A stretch of DNA of 64,000 nucleotides from the human T2T-CHM13v2.0 reference genome, Homo sapiens (GCF_009914755.1 NC_060930.1); one strand, 5' to 3'; shown: positions 1 to 14,114, counted from the first letter of the stretch. Made by a program: numbers and translations. Notes: generated from the letters alone by a model not told the origin.

Positions 1-284
1 ATGAAAGTTTTTAAAAAATGGAATATTCAATCCTTTATAGCCAATGAGGGCCTGAGCCTTGAACCAGTGAACAGTACTGAGTAGCAGTTAGGAGGGCGGG
101 GAGTCAGACTGCCTGGGCTTAACGTCGTGGCTCTGTCACTCATTTCGTACTCTTAATCATCATGCTATAGAAACTCCCACAATGTGTGTGTGTGCATGTG
201 TTATTAAATCCTTCAGATACTTCTCAGACTCTTGCCTGTGTAGATAAACAACGTGTGTTTTCTATCACCTTGGCTTGTCTCTAG

Positions 285-555
285 TACCTGGTTTTTTAAC
301 CAAACATTACTCTGGGTGTTGTGGTGAAGGTATGTTGTAGATGGGGTTAAAATCTACAATCAGTGGGATTGCCCTTGATAATCTTAACGGGCCTCATCCA
401 TTTAGTTGAAAGGCCTTAACAGGTTTCTCAGAGGAAGAAATTCTGTTTCAAGATTACAACATCAGCTCCTGCTCCGTTCCCAACCTTCTGGCCCGCCCTG
501 TAGGATTCAGACTTGGGGGCCTCCATGGCTATGTAAGTCAATTCTTTGAAATAAA
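285..555 (+). mobile_element. MLT2-family (ERVL) LTR fragment, old (MLT2C/D-like)
   Basis: ctgggtgt..gtgaagg..ggcctcatcca..gttgaaaggccttaa..gaggaagaaattctg..gtaagtcaattctttgaaataa. Confidence 0.65.
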
Positions 556-587
556 GAGAACTCCAACTAATGCACAACGGTCGGTCC

Positions 588-672
588 ATCCCTCCCTCCC
601 TCCCTCCCTCCCTTCCTTCCTCCCTTCCTTCCTTTCCTCCTCCCCTCCCCTCCCCTCCCCTTCCCCTCTCCC
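588..672. repeat. (CCCT/CCTT)n polypyrimidine low-complexity tract
   Basis: Directly visible; it produces the spurious Pro/Ser-rich ORF 570-779. Confidence 0.9.
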
Positions 673-1649
673 CAAATTCAAAAAAAGTTAACTTTATGAT
701 TACCCTTTCTGGGAATACTAGTTGTTACTATACACATTATTCACATAGAAAAATCAGTAATGTACCAGTTGGTAGTTGAATTCTTCAGAGGGAAAGATTA
801 GTATCTTATTTTTTATTTAATGAGATGAGGAACTAAAAGAGCATTACTATTCTTTACTACAATATATAACAGAAGTGTTTTCTTGGTGTCTGCAATGCAA
901 ATTCTGATGTCAGTAAATACATTGAGAGACTAATTTGTCAAGCAAGCACAGACCACACATGGTTTCTTTTTATTTCTTTCTTTCTGAGATGGAAGGAAAC
1001 CTAAAAGTAACAATGTACACAACTCGCTAGGGTTGCCAGCAGCATTTTGGCGATGTCCCCTTGGGTCACAGAACGGCAGCATGGGTTCTATAGGTCGGGG
1101 TGGCATTAGCACTGACGGCACATAGCCTGTGTCTTTTGAGCTCACTTTCCATGTTATCCTAGGTCCTGTGAAAGAAAGACCTCAGGCTCACGTTATTAGA
1201 TCCTTGGGTAATTCTCCATACTCTGAAGTTCTTGAAGAAGGCACTGGCTGGGGTTAGGGTGGCTTTGGGAAACCCTTGACTGCTTGAGGAATCCTTTCCA
1301 ATTCCTTCCTTAACCAGGCAGGAGGAACAGCAGTTCATTCGTGGTCTTGAGTCCAGGTTCCAGGTTCTAAGCTTGGTCTATGCTTTTGGTGTGCTCTCTA
1401 ACTCAATGATAATGATAGTCATGGAAGTTTCTTAATATCTGGGGTTTTGAAACTGTTAGTTCTTGGAGCAAGCCCAAGTTTATTTTGGGGGAACTTTGCG
1501 CCAGCATTGTAGTTATACTGAAATTTAGAATATGTGGGTTGAAAAGCACCAAAGCCAGTGTGAGAAATCCAGCCCACCATTAGGGCTACTGAAGTCCCAT
1601 TAGGTTGACTACTTTCTGGAGGCCAATTGCACTTAACTTGGATTCCTGA

Positions 1650-2288
<639 letters not shown>

Positions 2289-2456
2289 TTGCTATTTACA
2301 TCAGCCTACTAAATGCTACCCAGTGAGTAGAAAAATTTCAAATGAAAGCATCCTAATCATTCCTTTTTTTATAGAGGCCTATCAGTGTAGGCTATTCTAG
2401 TGGAGGAAATCACATCCGGTCCCTGGTGCCATGAAGTTACAGAAATATTAGGTGCA

Positions 2457-2793
<337 letters not shown>

Positions 2794-2944
2794 TCATATC
2801 AACATATTATAGAGAAACAAATATTGAAAAGAATTTCAAGGCTGGCCATGTGTGTTTATAGTTTCTTCCAGTTCAAAATCACTATGAAAAAATGTTTTCC
2901 TAAGGAGAACGTTGGCCTCTAGGGGAAGCAAAGGGCTCCTGTGT

Positions 2945-3493
2945 TGTGATGGTTAATATTGAGTGTCAACTTGATTGGATTGAAGGACGCAAAGTATTGT
3001 TCCTGGGTGTGTCTGTGAGGGTGTTGCCAAAGGAGATTAACATTTGAGTCAGTGGGACTGGGAGAGGCAGACCCACCCTCAGTCAGGATGGGCGAAATTG
3101 AATCGGCTGCCAGTGCAGCTAAGATAAAAGCAGGCAGAAGGGTGTGGAAGGCCTAGACTGGCTGAGTCTTCCGGCTTTCAAATTTCTCTCGCATTGAAAG
3201 CTTCCTGCCCTGGAACATCAGACTCCAAGTTCTTCAGCTTTTGGACTCTTGGACCTACACCAGTGGTTTGCCAGGGGCTCTCAGGCCTTTGGCCACAGAC
3301 TGAAGGCTGCACTGTCGGCTTCCCTACTTTTGAGGTTTTGGGAGTCAGACCGGCTTCCTTGCTCCTCAGCTTGCAGACAGTCTATTGTGGGACTTCTCCT
3401 TGTGATCGTGTGAGTCAATTCTCCTTAATAAATGCCCCTTCATATATTCATCTATCCAATTAGTTCTGTCCCTCTAGAGAACCCTGACTAATA
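2945..3493 (+). mobile_element. MLT2A (HERV-L) solo LTR, MLT2A1-like
   Basis: Starts tgtgatggttaatattgagtgtcaacttgattggattgaagg and ends tagttctgtccctctagagaaccctgactaata; internal AATAAA. Confidence 0.88.
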
Positions 3494-6400
3494 ATCTCCC
3501 ACATCACCAGCTTGAATCCTGCCCAAGAATAAAGAGGATCAAGGACAGGGCACTGAACTGTACCAAAAGAAAGCTGCTCTTTGGGTTTGCGAATGCTGAC
3601 CTGGGTCTGCTTTGTATGGGTGGTCAGAGGGTGAAAGGGTCTGGGGTACATGCACATGACCCTTCCTCTTCCTCTTCCACCCACATGCCCAGAGAGCTCA
3701 GGGCTTCCTCAGGAGAAGAGATGGTCTCATTGCTCAGGGAACCTTTTCTCCTAGGCAAACAGAGGTAGTGTGGCAGCTGGAAGAGGCCTGGAGTGGTACT
3801 TGGACTTTGAAGCCAAACACTTGCCCTCTCAGAGCCTTTGCCTCCACTGTGGTCCTACCAGAGAGCTGAGTTCAGGACCTGGGTTTGGGCGTGGAAGGGC
3901 GGTGTGAGAGCAAGGCTGAATAGTCCAACTTCCTCCTTTAACAAATATCCACTGAGCGTCTTCGCTACGCAAGGCTCTCTTCCAGACCGCTTGGTTCTTT
4001 GGAGTCCAGGAGTTCTCCACTCGGTACACCCAGTTTTACCAAAGTTAAACCCATGAGATTTTGTAATAAAGCCAAGGCTAATAATAATGCATTCCATTAC
4101 TTTTCCTACACATGTGTCTCTGTTAAGCACTTTGCAAGGAGGATGGGCAGCTGGGCCAATGCAGGATCCAACTATTCAAGATTCCTCCACTTACACAATA
4201 TATTGACACTAACTCTGAATGCATCCCTACTGAATAGAGAACTCTAGTAATTTCTACTGAAAACATCAAATAAAAAAGCTACTACTTTAATAGAAATTAC
4301 CTCTTCTAATTGCCCTACAATGATACAACTGTATTCTGAAAGGATACATGGATGTCATATAAATAACTCAAAATTCATGTTTATATTTATGTACAGTGCC
4401 TAGAACAATGATAAGACATGACTGCTGAATGTGTGGATAGATGGATGGGAGGATGAATGGATGCATGAATGAATTAATGAATGCTCTGTGATCTGAGGGC
4501 TGAAGATACATTACTGAAAACTCCAAGAAGGTCAGAAAGCAAAATCAAGGAATATGAAAATCTACTGTTAGGTACAAACGTGTCTCTAGAGAAGAGACTG
4601 GTTCTGAAAATAGGGAGAATGGGAACCACCAACTTCCTGTGTGTGTGTTACCACACTCTTAATATGAAAACATGTGTGATAAGAAGTCCAACATTTTGTA
4701 GATGACCGCACATGTAAGTTAAAGAAATAGTGGCCTTCTTTTGTCTTTCCTTTGTAGTTTTTTGGGAAAAGGACGCCAATAATCAAAAGACCTGCAGAAA
4801 AGGTGATTTGGTGTTTCAAGGGTTGTGGGCTTTTATGGGACACAAGCTGAACTGTCATGCAGACAATGACCGCCTTCTGATTTACTTGGGCTGCTCAAAA
4901 CTCTGGAAAGAAAAATAGAATATCCTAGCTGTTATGGGAATACTTATAAGAAGAAAAAGAGAAATACAGCTCTTTGTACATTCAGATTCCTTTAGCTTGA
5001 AAGAAAAAGGGTAGCCTCCTTTAAGAAAACCTTTGGGTTTGACAGAACATAAATAAATCTTAGTGCAGCTGCTTATCGAGCTAAAGAAGGCCTGGTGTCT
5101 CTGCTGCCACTTACAGATTTCAGAAACGTGTTGTCATTCTTTAATCATGATCATTATTGGAGAATATGATTGAAATTTTAATTATTAAGTAGGGGGAATT
5201 GTGAAGCACTTTCATCCAGCATCTCGGGTGCCTGGTGTGATCGACCATAAGTGCAGCTGATGCAAACCTGGAAGCCGTTATCACAGCTCCCTGGCCCTCG
5301 CCGCGGTGGAGGCAGCCGTCTGTCTACCTCCTGCCGGCTGCCTGTCTCCTAAAATGTCTGCATGCTGTTTACTGCAGAGCCAGTGTTTGAACCAAATGCT
5401 CAGTAATGTGAAAACATCAATTATTTCCTTCCTACATTTAAATGAACTATGATTACCCTTGATTTAATAGCAAAGGAGCATTTCCAAGGTACAAAAACAT
5501 TTCAGCCATTAAGCTCAAAGTTTGTGTTTAAAATATATGTTTGTTTTCTTCTACAGAGCAATGGGCACTAAATTTATTAGCTTCGTGCTCACCATGACAG
5601 TAACTCCATGTCTGTGGAATTCTGTAGTCTGCATGTGTTAGGCTGTGGGTAGGCAAGCTTGTCAATGGAGAAATACTGACTTTGCCAGAAATTCGTAAAT
5701 TTTTAGGAAAGTGAAGAGCATATGGTCACTATGACTTGCTAGTATCCTTGGTCTAAACCTTATAATTACCAGAAGCCATTTTCATGTTTTTTTTTTTCTT
5801 TTTAAAGTGCATATCTTTATTTGGACAGCCTCAAATCCCTTCATCTTATCTGGAGGGAAGACAGGAATGAAAACCATGATAGTATCCAGGAGGGATTTTA
5901 AGGCAAGGCTGAGCTTTCTAAAGCTACAAGCACTTCCTTCCTCAGAGAGTGTCTGCTGACAGCCAGGGCCTTGTTAGTGGCCCAGTAGCCAAAAGAAGCT
6001 ACTTTCAGAAGTGGTACTTAGCACCTGCCCTCAGTGATCACCATTTTTCAGGTAAGACTTGTTCTCCAGGTTAATTACAGTGGAAACCTGATCGAACTTG
6101 ACAGTCAGTGTGTTTGTGGGCTTCTCTTCCTGCCAGTCTGCAACCTAAAGGAAATGCTGTGGTCTCTCTCTTAAGAATGAGAACATTCTCAGAAATGCCC
6201 TTGAAGTGACTATTAATTCCAGAATATGGTGTGAATTAAGTAATTCATTTGGTTTTAGTTTACTTTTGAGAAAGTCCAAGCTGTGCACATGTTGAAATAA
6301 ATCAGAGGCCTGTTTACAAATGGAGCCACCATTTCTTAGTGTGGAGTGCAGGGACCTGGTTCTGAGCAAAGTAGTGGGAAGGATGGAATTCCCTGAATCC

Positions 6401-7497
6401 CTGGATCTGTTCACAGGAATGCCTAGAGCTTCTGGCACACAGGGTAGCAGGCCTTCCTGATGCCCCAGCTTCTCTGAGATCCATCCTGCTGTCAGCCCTA
6501 GAACTCCCTCACAAGCAAGCTATTTTCCCGTTTTTCTCATCGCTGTTTAGAGGTTTCCACTTATATGTAGATTTGTCCAGGGTCCTAGGAAACTAGCTAA
6601 CTGGTGCCACCATAACATTTGCTATAATTATAACAGTTCAGTTATTTGGTTTTCTCTTTGTCTCCTTCTTCATAATTTAGAGGCTTTCAATGACTTACCC
6701 CTAATGGGAGATTTCTGGCCCAGAAATGGGTCAGCAGAAACTATTATATTGAAAGTTGGTTTCTTGGTGCTGCTTACATTATTTTATTTAGATAAGAAAA
6801 TGGCTGTTGATATTTTGTAAAAAAAAAAATCTATTTATCCATCAAATCACATATGCTTCTTTCCTTTAATTCAACTATCCATCCATCAGTCCATCCATCC
6901 ATCCATTCATCCAACCATTCAACTTTTAATGTGTCCCCACAGGGTGAAGCAGGCATGGTGCAGGAATAGTACGAACAAATATAAACAGCAATTGATCCTA
7001 CCCTCAATAAGTCATCTGCTTAGAGGACAGATTTTGGTGGTAATACAACCAAAGTTTATAATAGGAATATAATCCGTGTTATTTTAGGATGTCACAGAGG
7101 TTGCAACAAAAGATTATTTTATTTAATTCTTGTTGATGGGCACCGTGTGTTTACAGAGGAGAGTGCCTTTGACCAAGATCTTGAAAAGTGGGTTAGATAT
7201 TGCTTGGGAATAATGGGCAAAGGAGGTGCCATACTCCCTCTGGATAGTCTCAGGCCCAAATATCCATTTAGGATCTCTGGAATATAATGGGCTATACTTG
7301 GCATTGGAGTCATTTAGAAGGACACAGGACAAGAAGCAGCATATCAGCAGGAAGGGCCAGGGGACACTTCTCTGAACCCCCGTGATCACTTGGGTTTGGG
7401 GAAGGAGACATGCTGGTAGGTAAGGAGCAATGCTGGGGTAGAAGCCCCAGGTGCCACATGTGCTGGCAGGAGTTCCGGGGGCACAAGGCCAAGCTGA

Positions 7498-7929
<432 letters not shown>

Positions 7930-7989
7930 CAAGAGTCATCTTTATCATAAGTACTTACTGTCTATTAACCCCATAAACATTCCACCTGC

Positions 7990-8990
7990 ATCAGTTTTTC
8001 AGAAAACAGAACTGAACGTCAAGTTTGTCCTCAGGGACAGAGAAAGAGTTTTGCTAGCCAGTGGCTCAGAGGAAGCAGCGGCCTGTGCAAAGGTCTGGAG
8101 GTCTGAAAAGTACTCAGTGAGTTCCGGACCCGGAAATGGTTCAACATGAGTTAAGTATAAGGTGTCGCTGGAGATGAGGGGGATGGTGGAGAGGGAGGGT
8201 AGGTGGAAGATGAGGCCAGAGGGTCCAGAAAACAAAGTAGATGGTCTTAAGGAGCTGAGGTTTTTAAGCTCTAGGGAATCACTTTATGGGGGGTGTTATG
8301 AGCATATTTTATGGTATGGGGATAAAGGATGGATTACTAGGGGGAATACACTCAAGGCAGGAAGAGTGTAGGTTGTTCCAGTAGTTGAGGTAAAGAGTGG
8401 GGACCCTGAGTTAATAGGAAAGAGGAGGTGGATGCAGGAATCACTGGCCTTCTGGAATCAATCAGTTATCAGTCAGCCACTGGAGATAAAAGGGTCTGGA
8501 ATACATGCACGGAGGATTCTAAGTGCCACTCATTGCAAGGACCGAGGTAAGAAGAGACAGGACAGGGTTGCATGTGGGTGAGGGAAGAGGTGGAAAAATG
8601 AGCTCAAATATTGACATTTTACATTTGAAATGCTTATGAAAATTCCAAATGGAGGTATCCAGTAGGCAATGTGAAGTATAATCCAGGAGCTCTAGAGAAT
8701 GGTCTAGTTAGAGACACAGACTTGGGGCCTATCAACTATAGGCAGTCAGAACTGCAGAAATACACGAGAAGGTCTGAGGGAGGGCTTGGCTTGAAGAGAG
8801 GACCAAGGATGGTCACCTTGAAAATAACAGCGGTTAAAGGGCAGGTGGAAGACTAGCTTGTAATGTGGGCTGTGAAGGATGGCAATGGTGGGGGAAGATG
8901 GCTGGAAAGGTGGGTGAGAAGGGCACCCACAAGCTAGCAGGGGAGGGAACAGTCAACAGTGCCAAATGCCGCCACCTGCAATGAGCGGGG
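7990..8990 (-). mobile_element. L2 fragments
   Basis: Purine-rich L2-type text: gcctgtgcaaaggtctggagg; tttgaaatgcttatga..ggaggtatccagtaggca; gtcaacagtgccaaatgc. Confidence 0.6.
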
Positions 8991-10818
8991 ACTCACTACG
9001 GTAGGGACCTACACATGCTTTGTCTCATCCTTTTCATCTTTGCACAATATTAGCCTCTACTGTCTTCCAATATGACCAAAGTCTAGTCCATCTAGAGAGA
9101 TCAGATCAAAAGTGAGCCTGAATCATTTACATCTAACAATGTTATCTAGACAGCATGCTTTTATTCTGAATCACCTGAACTTCCAGCTATCTGTGGTTTA
9201 TAAGCTGGCATAAGCTGGCATTTTTCAGTCGAAATACCACAGGGAGAGGTATTTTAGGAGCTGATTTGGTATTCAGTTAATACTGTAGAACGTGCTCTTC
9301 CATTACCTTGAAGCTAATGACTAGCTAAATTAGTTATATGGCCCAAAGCAAAGATAAGATGGTTAGTATGTTTGACCAGTCATTAAAATGTGTGTCTTTC
9401 TGGAAAAATATTCTCTGAAGTGAAATGACACCATGATGTCTGATCAGCAATATAGCTCACCCTTATTTTAAAAGGTCTACTTTGAATGTCTCCCCAGGGT
9501 GATCATATTAAAAAAATCAAAATTTAATATGTCATTAACAGAGGTTAACTTGCTGAAAAATAAGCTGAATTCGTTGGGAATTGCTGCTAAAACATTCTGT
9601 AGCTGGAAAATATCACCCTGTTTCTCTGGAGAACGGTAGCAATAAAAACACACAGAATACACTTTCATCCCAAAATTGGCATACTTTAAATAATCCATGA
9701 TTTTTTTGTTCTAAACTGGCTTAATAGGTCTGAGGCCAATAATATTTTCTATTTCCTCAGGATTTCTTCACTCAGTTTTTTTGTTTGGTAGAGCACTTAG
9801 TATTAACAAGGCACTACAGTAGGCTATAGGGGCATGAAGATGTCAGAAGTTCTATGTATAGTAGACTGCAATGTACTGGAAGCAACAGGAAAGTCAGAGA
9901 GATAAATACTTACATAAATACTAAATAGAGAAAAAACTACCTAATGAGAATTATGGGTGACTGAGCACCAAGGGGTTCCAAGGTCAGTGTGAGCCCTTCT
10001 GGCTGGAGTGGTCAGTGATATATTATTGAAGAAGGTGGCATGGGGCACCAGTAGAATTCCTGAGGCATCCAGATTCAGCACGGCCTCTGGAAGGTGACTG
10101 CCAGGTCAGCTTCACTGTCAGCTGGTGCCTCTCCTGACCCCTCCTCCCTTGTTACCAAGGATGCCAAAACTTTCCCAGCTTTCAGAATGACGACTGTTTG
10201 GTTCTACCTGGCTTATCCTTACTGATCCTGCCTAACTGGCTCTTGAATCATGTTTTCCAGAGGTCAACTGAGTCTAAGAAGACATTAAAAATCCTGAAAT
10301 TGGCCATATCATCCTGCCCCTCCTTGATTTTGGACAGGATGCATTTGGGATCTGGCAGCACTTTTCTGAGGGCATCAACTACCAAGGTTGGAGGGATCTT
10401 TACATCAACCTACACTATACCTACCAGATGCTTTCTTTGACCATCTTGATATCCAGATATGGAGTATTCCCATTTCTTGGTTCCCATGGACTGAAACTTT
10501 ACAGGTAAAGGCCAAAGTTTTGATTCAGCATGAATGAGAAATTCAATGTACTATAAGCTGGAAAGACTTGGCTGAAACTCAGCCCCAGCTAAAGCAACAT
10601 CAGAACTGCATACACAGTGGTAAAGATCAAGTGTCCACTTTGGAAGTATAATCTTTATCTAGTGATCACTTTTCCAACATTTCCATCCAAATTTTGGAAG
10701 CACCTAAATCCAAGCCCTGCAACTATCCCACAATATTATAGTATTATTCACTTATATTTAAGATACTGTACTCCATAGAGCTAGGATGGTAGACATCAAC
10801 ATACAGAGACCTTTAGGG

Positions 10819-11186
<368 letters not shown>

Positions 11187-11299
11187 GGTACTTTCTCAAG
11201 CCAGGGATTGGATTGGGAAAACTGATGGAGTTGGCCAATTCCTATGGAAGTCACATTTCATTCCTGGAAACTTTGAATCTCAGATTTTCTTTTTTAAAG

Positions 11300-11520
11300 A
11301 AACTTCATCTATATATCATTTATATAATATGAAATATGTCAGTTTTAATTGTATACTTTGATGAGTTTTGGCAATATATGCACCACTACAATCAGGATGT
11401 ATTTTATAACCTTTCCATGTTCTGAAAAAGGTTTTCTCACGCCCATCTGCAGTCAACACCATCCTATGCCCACCTAGCCTAAGGAAATCATTGAACTTCT
11501 TTGTGTAACTACAGTCTTGG
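11300..11520 (-). mobile_element. Old L1M 3' fragment
   Basis: ttttaattgtatactttgatgagttttggcaa..caccactacaatcagg..tgcagtcaac is typical antisense L1M 3' text. Confidence 0.65.
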
Positions 11521-11774
11521 TATTGGTAATTTCTCAGAAAGTGTAAACTCATGTTCATTAGCAGACAAATAGAAAAATGAATTACCAAATAATTAAATAA
11601 TGCCTTGAAGGGCTCCAAAGTAAGTCACACCTCAAATTCTGACATACAGGCCCCTAAGGTCTCTTATGAATCCCCAGTGAAACGAATTAGTCAAATGTCA
11701 GGTAAAACCATCAGGCAATACACAAGTTCCTCCACCTTGGCTTCCCCACCTGTTGCTTGCTGGGTCACTTGCTC

Positions 11775-12180
11775 CCCTTTGCTTAGCCAGTTCGACCCAC
11801 AAAATATCTCCTTGGAAGCCTTAGCTCTTCAAGGAGGTGACAACTGCTTCTGCAGAGCTCAGGTCCTTGTGGTCAACAAAAGCGATAGGCTGCGATCCTC
11901 TCCAGGTGAGCTGCAGAGGTTAGAAAGCCCTTCAATCACTGACTCTTGCAGCTTGGAGTATGCAAAAAGTCGCAGCGACAGAGACAGCAGTCTAGACGGT
12001 GAGTCTTCTTTCATACCGTCGAGACTGGCCCATGCAGGACCTGCTTTAGGCCTTTCTGCCTCAGTGTTTGCTTACTGCTCTAGTTCTTTTTGAAAGGCGA
12101 CATGCTTTCTGGCTTGCTTCTTTTGGTAATAATGATGACTTCTTAACATTGGGATTTTAAAAAATCATCTTGGAGCTGAC
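11775..12180 (-). pseudogene. MTHFSD-like: MTHFSD-like linker and RRM core (best-conserved part of the relic)
   Basis: PLQLTWRGSQPIAFVDHKDLSSAEAVVTSLKS*GFQGDILWVELAKQ aligns without gaps to recalled MTHFSD PLRLTWQGPRRRAFLHYPDSAAAQQAVSCLQGLRLGTDTLRVALARQ (18/47 identical by hand count). Upstream KIPMLRS matches KIPILRS, and ARVSD matches ARVSD. Confidence 0.85.
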
Positions 12181-13302
12181 CTACATTTTTATACGTTCTG
12201 ATGTTCCTCATTCCTTCGTACAGATCTGGGCTTCACTTCATATCCTTTCAACCTGCAGACGTGATTTTAGTATTTCATGCAGTACAAGTCTGATGGATTC
12301 TGTCAGCTTTTGTCATCTGAAAATGTTATTTTTGGGGGCCTTTCTTTTGGGGATTTTTTTTTTTTTACTAGACATGGAATTTTAGTATACTTTTTTCTTT
12401 CCATATCATTCCATTGTTTTCTGGCTTCCATTGTTTTTGATGGAGAAGTCAGCCCTCACTCTTATCACCGTGCTCTCCATACAATGAGGTTCCCTCTGGC
12501 AGCTCTTAACATTATCTCCTTATCTTGTGTTTTCAGCATTTTGACTGCAATTTGTTTTAACACATTGTTTTCTTTGTACCGCTACTGCTTAAGATTCACT
12601 GTGCTTTTTGGGTATTTAATTTGATGTTTTCCATCAGTTTTGGAAAAGTTTTCACCATTATCTTTTCAAATATTTCTTCTGGCCCATTCTCTTTCTTTTT
12701 CTTCTTGGATTCCAATTACACAGTGTTTGATATTCACCAGATCTTGGATACTCTGGTCTATGTTTATTACTTTTTTTCACTTTGTGTTTCCTTTCTCTCC
12801 AGCTTTATTAGGTATAATTGATAAATAATAATCATATATTCAACACATACAAAATAATGACTTGATATCTGTATACACTATGTAATAATTACAATCAAAT
12901 TAATCAACACTTCTATCACCACACATAGTTATCTTTGTGTGTGTGTGTGTGTGTGTCTGTGTGGGGAGGACACTTAAGACCTAGTCTTAGCACATTTCAA
13001 GTACACAATACAACATTATTAACTCTAGTCACCATGCTGTACATTAGATCCCCCTGTGTTTCTATTTGAACAGTTTATATTGACCGCTCTTCAAGATCAT
13101 TGATACTTACCTCTTCTGCTCAGTCTTCTGTTAACCTGTTGAATGATTTAGTCAATTCTGATAACATTCTCTTCCAGGAAAGTCTTATTACTTTTAGTAA
13201 TTTTCTTCACTTAGGTTTTTTTTGATCTCAGCTCTCTGATGGGTTAAAAAATCTCTGAAACTATGTAAGCTGTTTGGCTTGTTCTTTTTGTTACGGTAGA
13301 AA
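12181..13302 (-). mobile_element. Old L1M fragment with a nested L1MA-type 3' end (~12790-13055)
   Basis: tcagcttttgtcatctgaaaatg; ttccattgttttctggcttccattgttt; nested agctttattaggtataattga..caccatgctgtacattagatc. Confidence 0.75.
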
Positions 13303-14114
13303 TCTAGAAAATAGTTTTATCATTTCTCCTCCAGTCAACTAGTTTCTATTTTTGCACTCATCTGCTCTGATCTGTTTAGGCAGAAGCTTAAACAATTCTG
13401 CTTGCTCAACTAACTCAGACACTGTGGATGTTAGGATGAAGGTACAGTTTGCATATTAAAAGATAAGCCAGTACATCTCTGAGATTTGCCATCCTCTCTG
13501 GTAAGGACTGCACTCAAAGTAACAGGAGGGCCTAACCTTAAATAAATATGCAGCCATACTGCTAGGGCAAACATCCACACACAGACACACAGACATACAA
13601 ACAACCCAAGGACAGGCTTTCTGACAAGTGATTGATAGATTTATTTCAAAGCTGTCAAGTAGAGCCCAAAAAGAGTGGAATCTCAGGGTTCTCTTGGCAA
13701 GACTATGGTTCTCAGATGGGCATACAAGCTTTTTCCTTTCTGGGACAGTCACACGAAGTTAGTTAATGAGGGATTTTTATTCTTTTGTTTCTGGTGGCAG
13801 AAATAAAATATTCTTTTCAGGGCAAAGGAATGAAATCTCATCAAGAGGTTCCTGTCTAGATTCGCGTCCTTATATACAAGCCAACTTCTCTCTGCAGAAT
13901 GTTCTACATCCCAGAAACCAGGATTGTTTGCCACTGATTTCATTTTCTTCTCACTGTTGCCTCTGGATTAAAAAGCCTCTCTCATTACTGCTCATCAGTG
14001 TCCTGCTGCTGGGGGAGCCATTTGTGCTGACGAATAGTTGTTTTTTTCAATGTACTGGGAAAGTGGCATTTTGAGAGAGACTTCTTCCATCTACACCCTT
14101 CTGTCTTAAGTATA

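Noticed and set aside
11605-12093. 162-aa plus-strand ORF, also 13766-14074 and 10198-10440
   Set aside because: No recognisable homology and at least two start at TTG. They lie opposite the minus-strand MTHFSD-like relic and are best explained as antisense shadow ORFs.
12111-13295. ggcttgcttcttttggtaa vs ggcttgttctttttgttac as a possible TSD of the L1M
   Set aside because: The first copy lies inside the MTHFSD-like frame about 50 bp from the junction, and the second appears to be L1 sequence.
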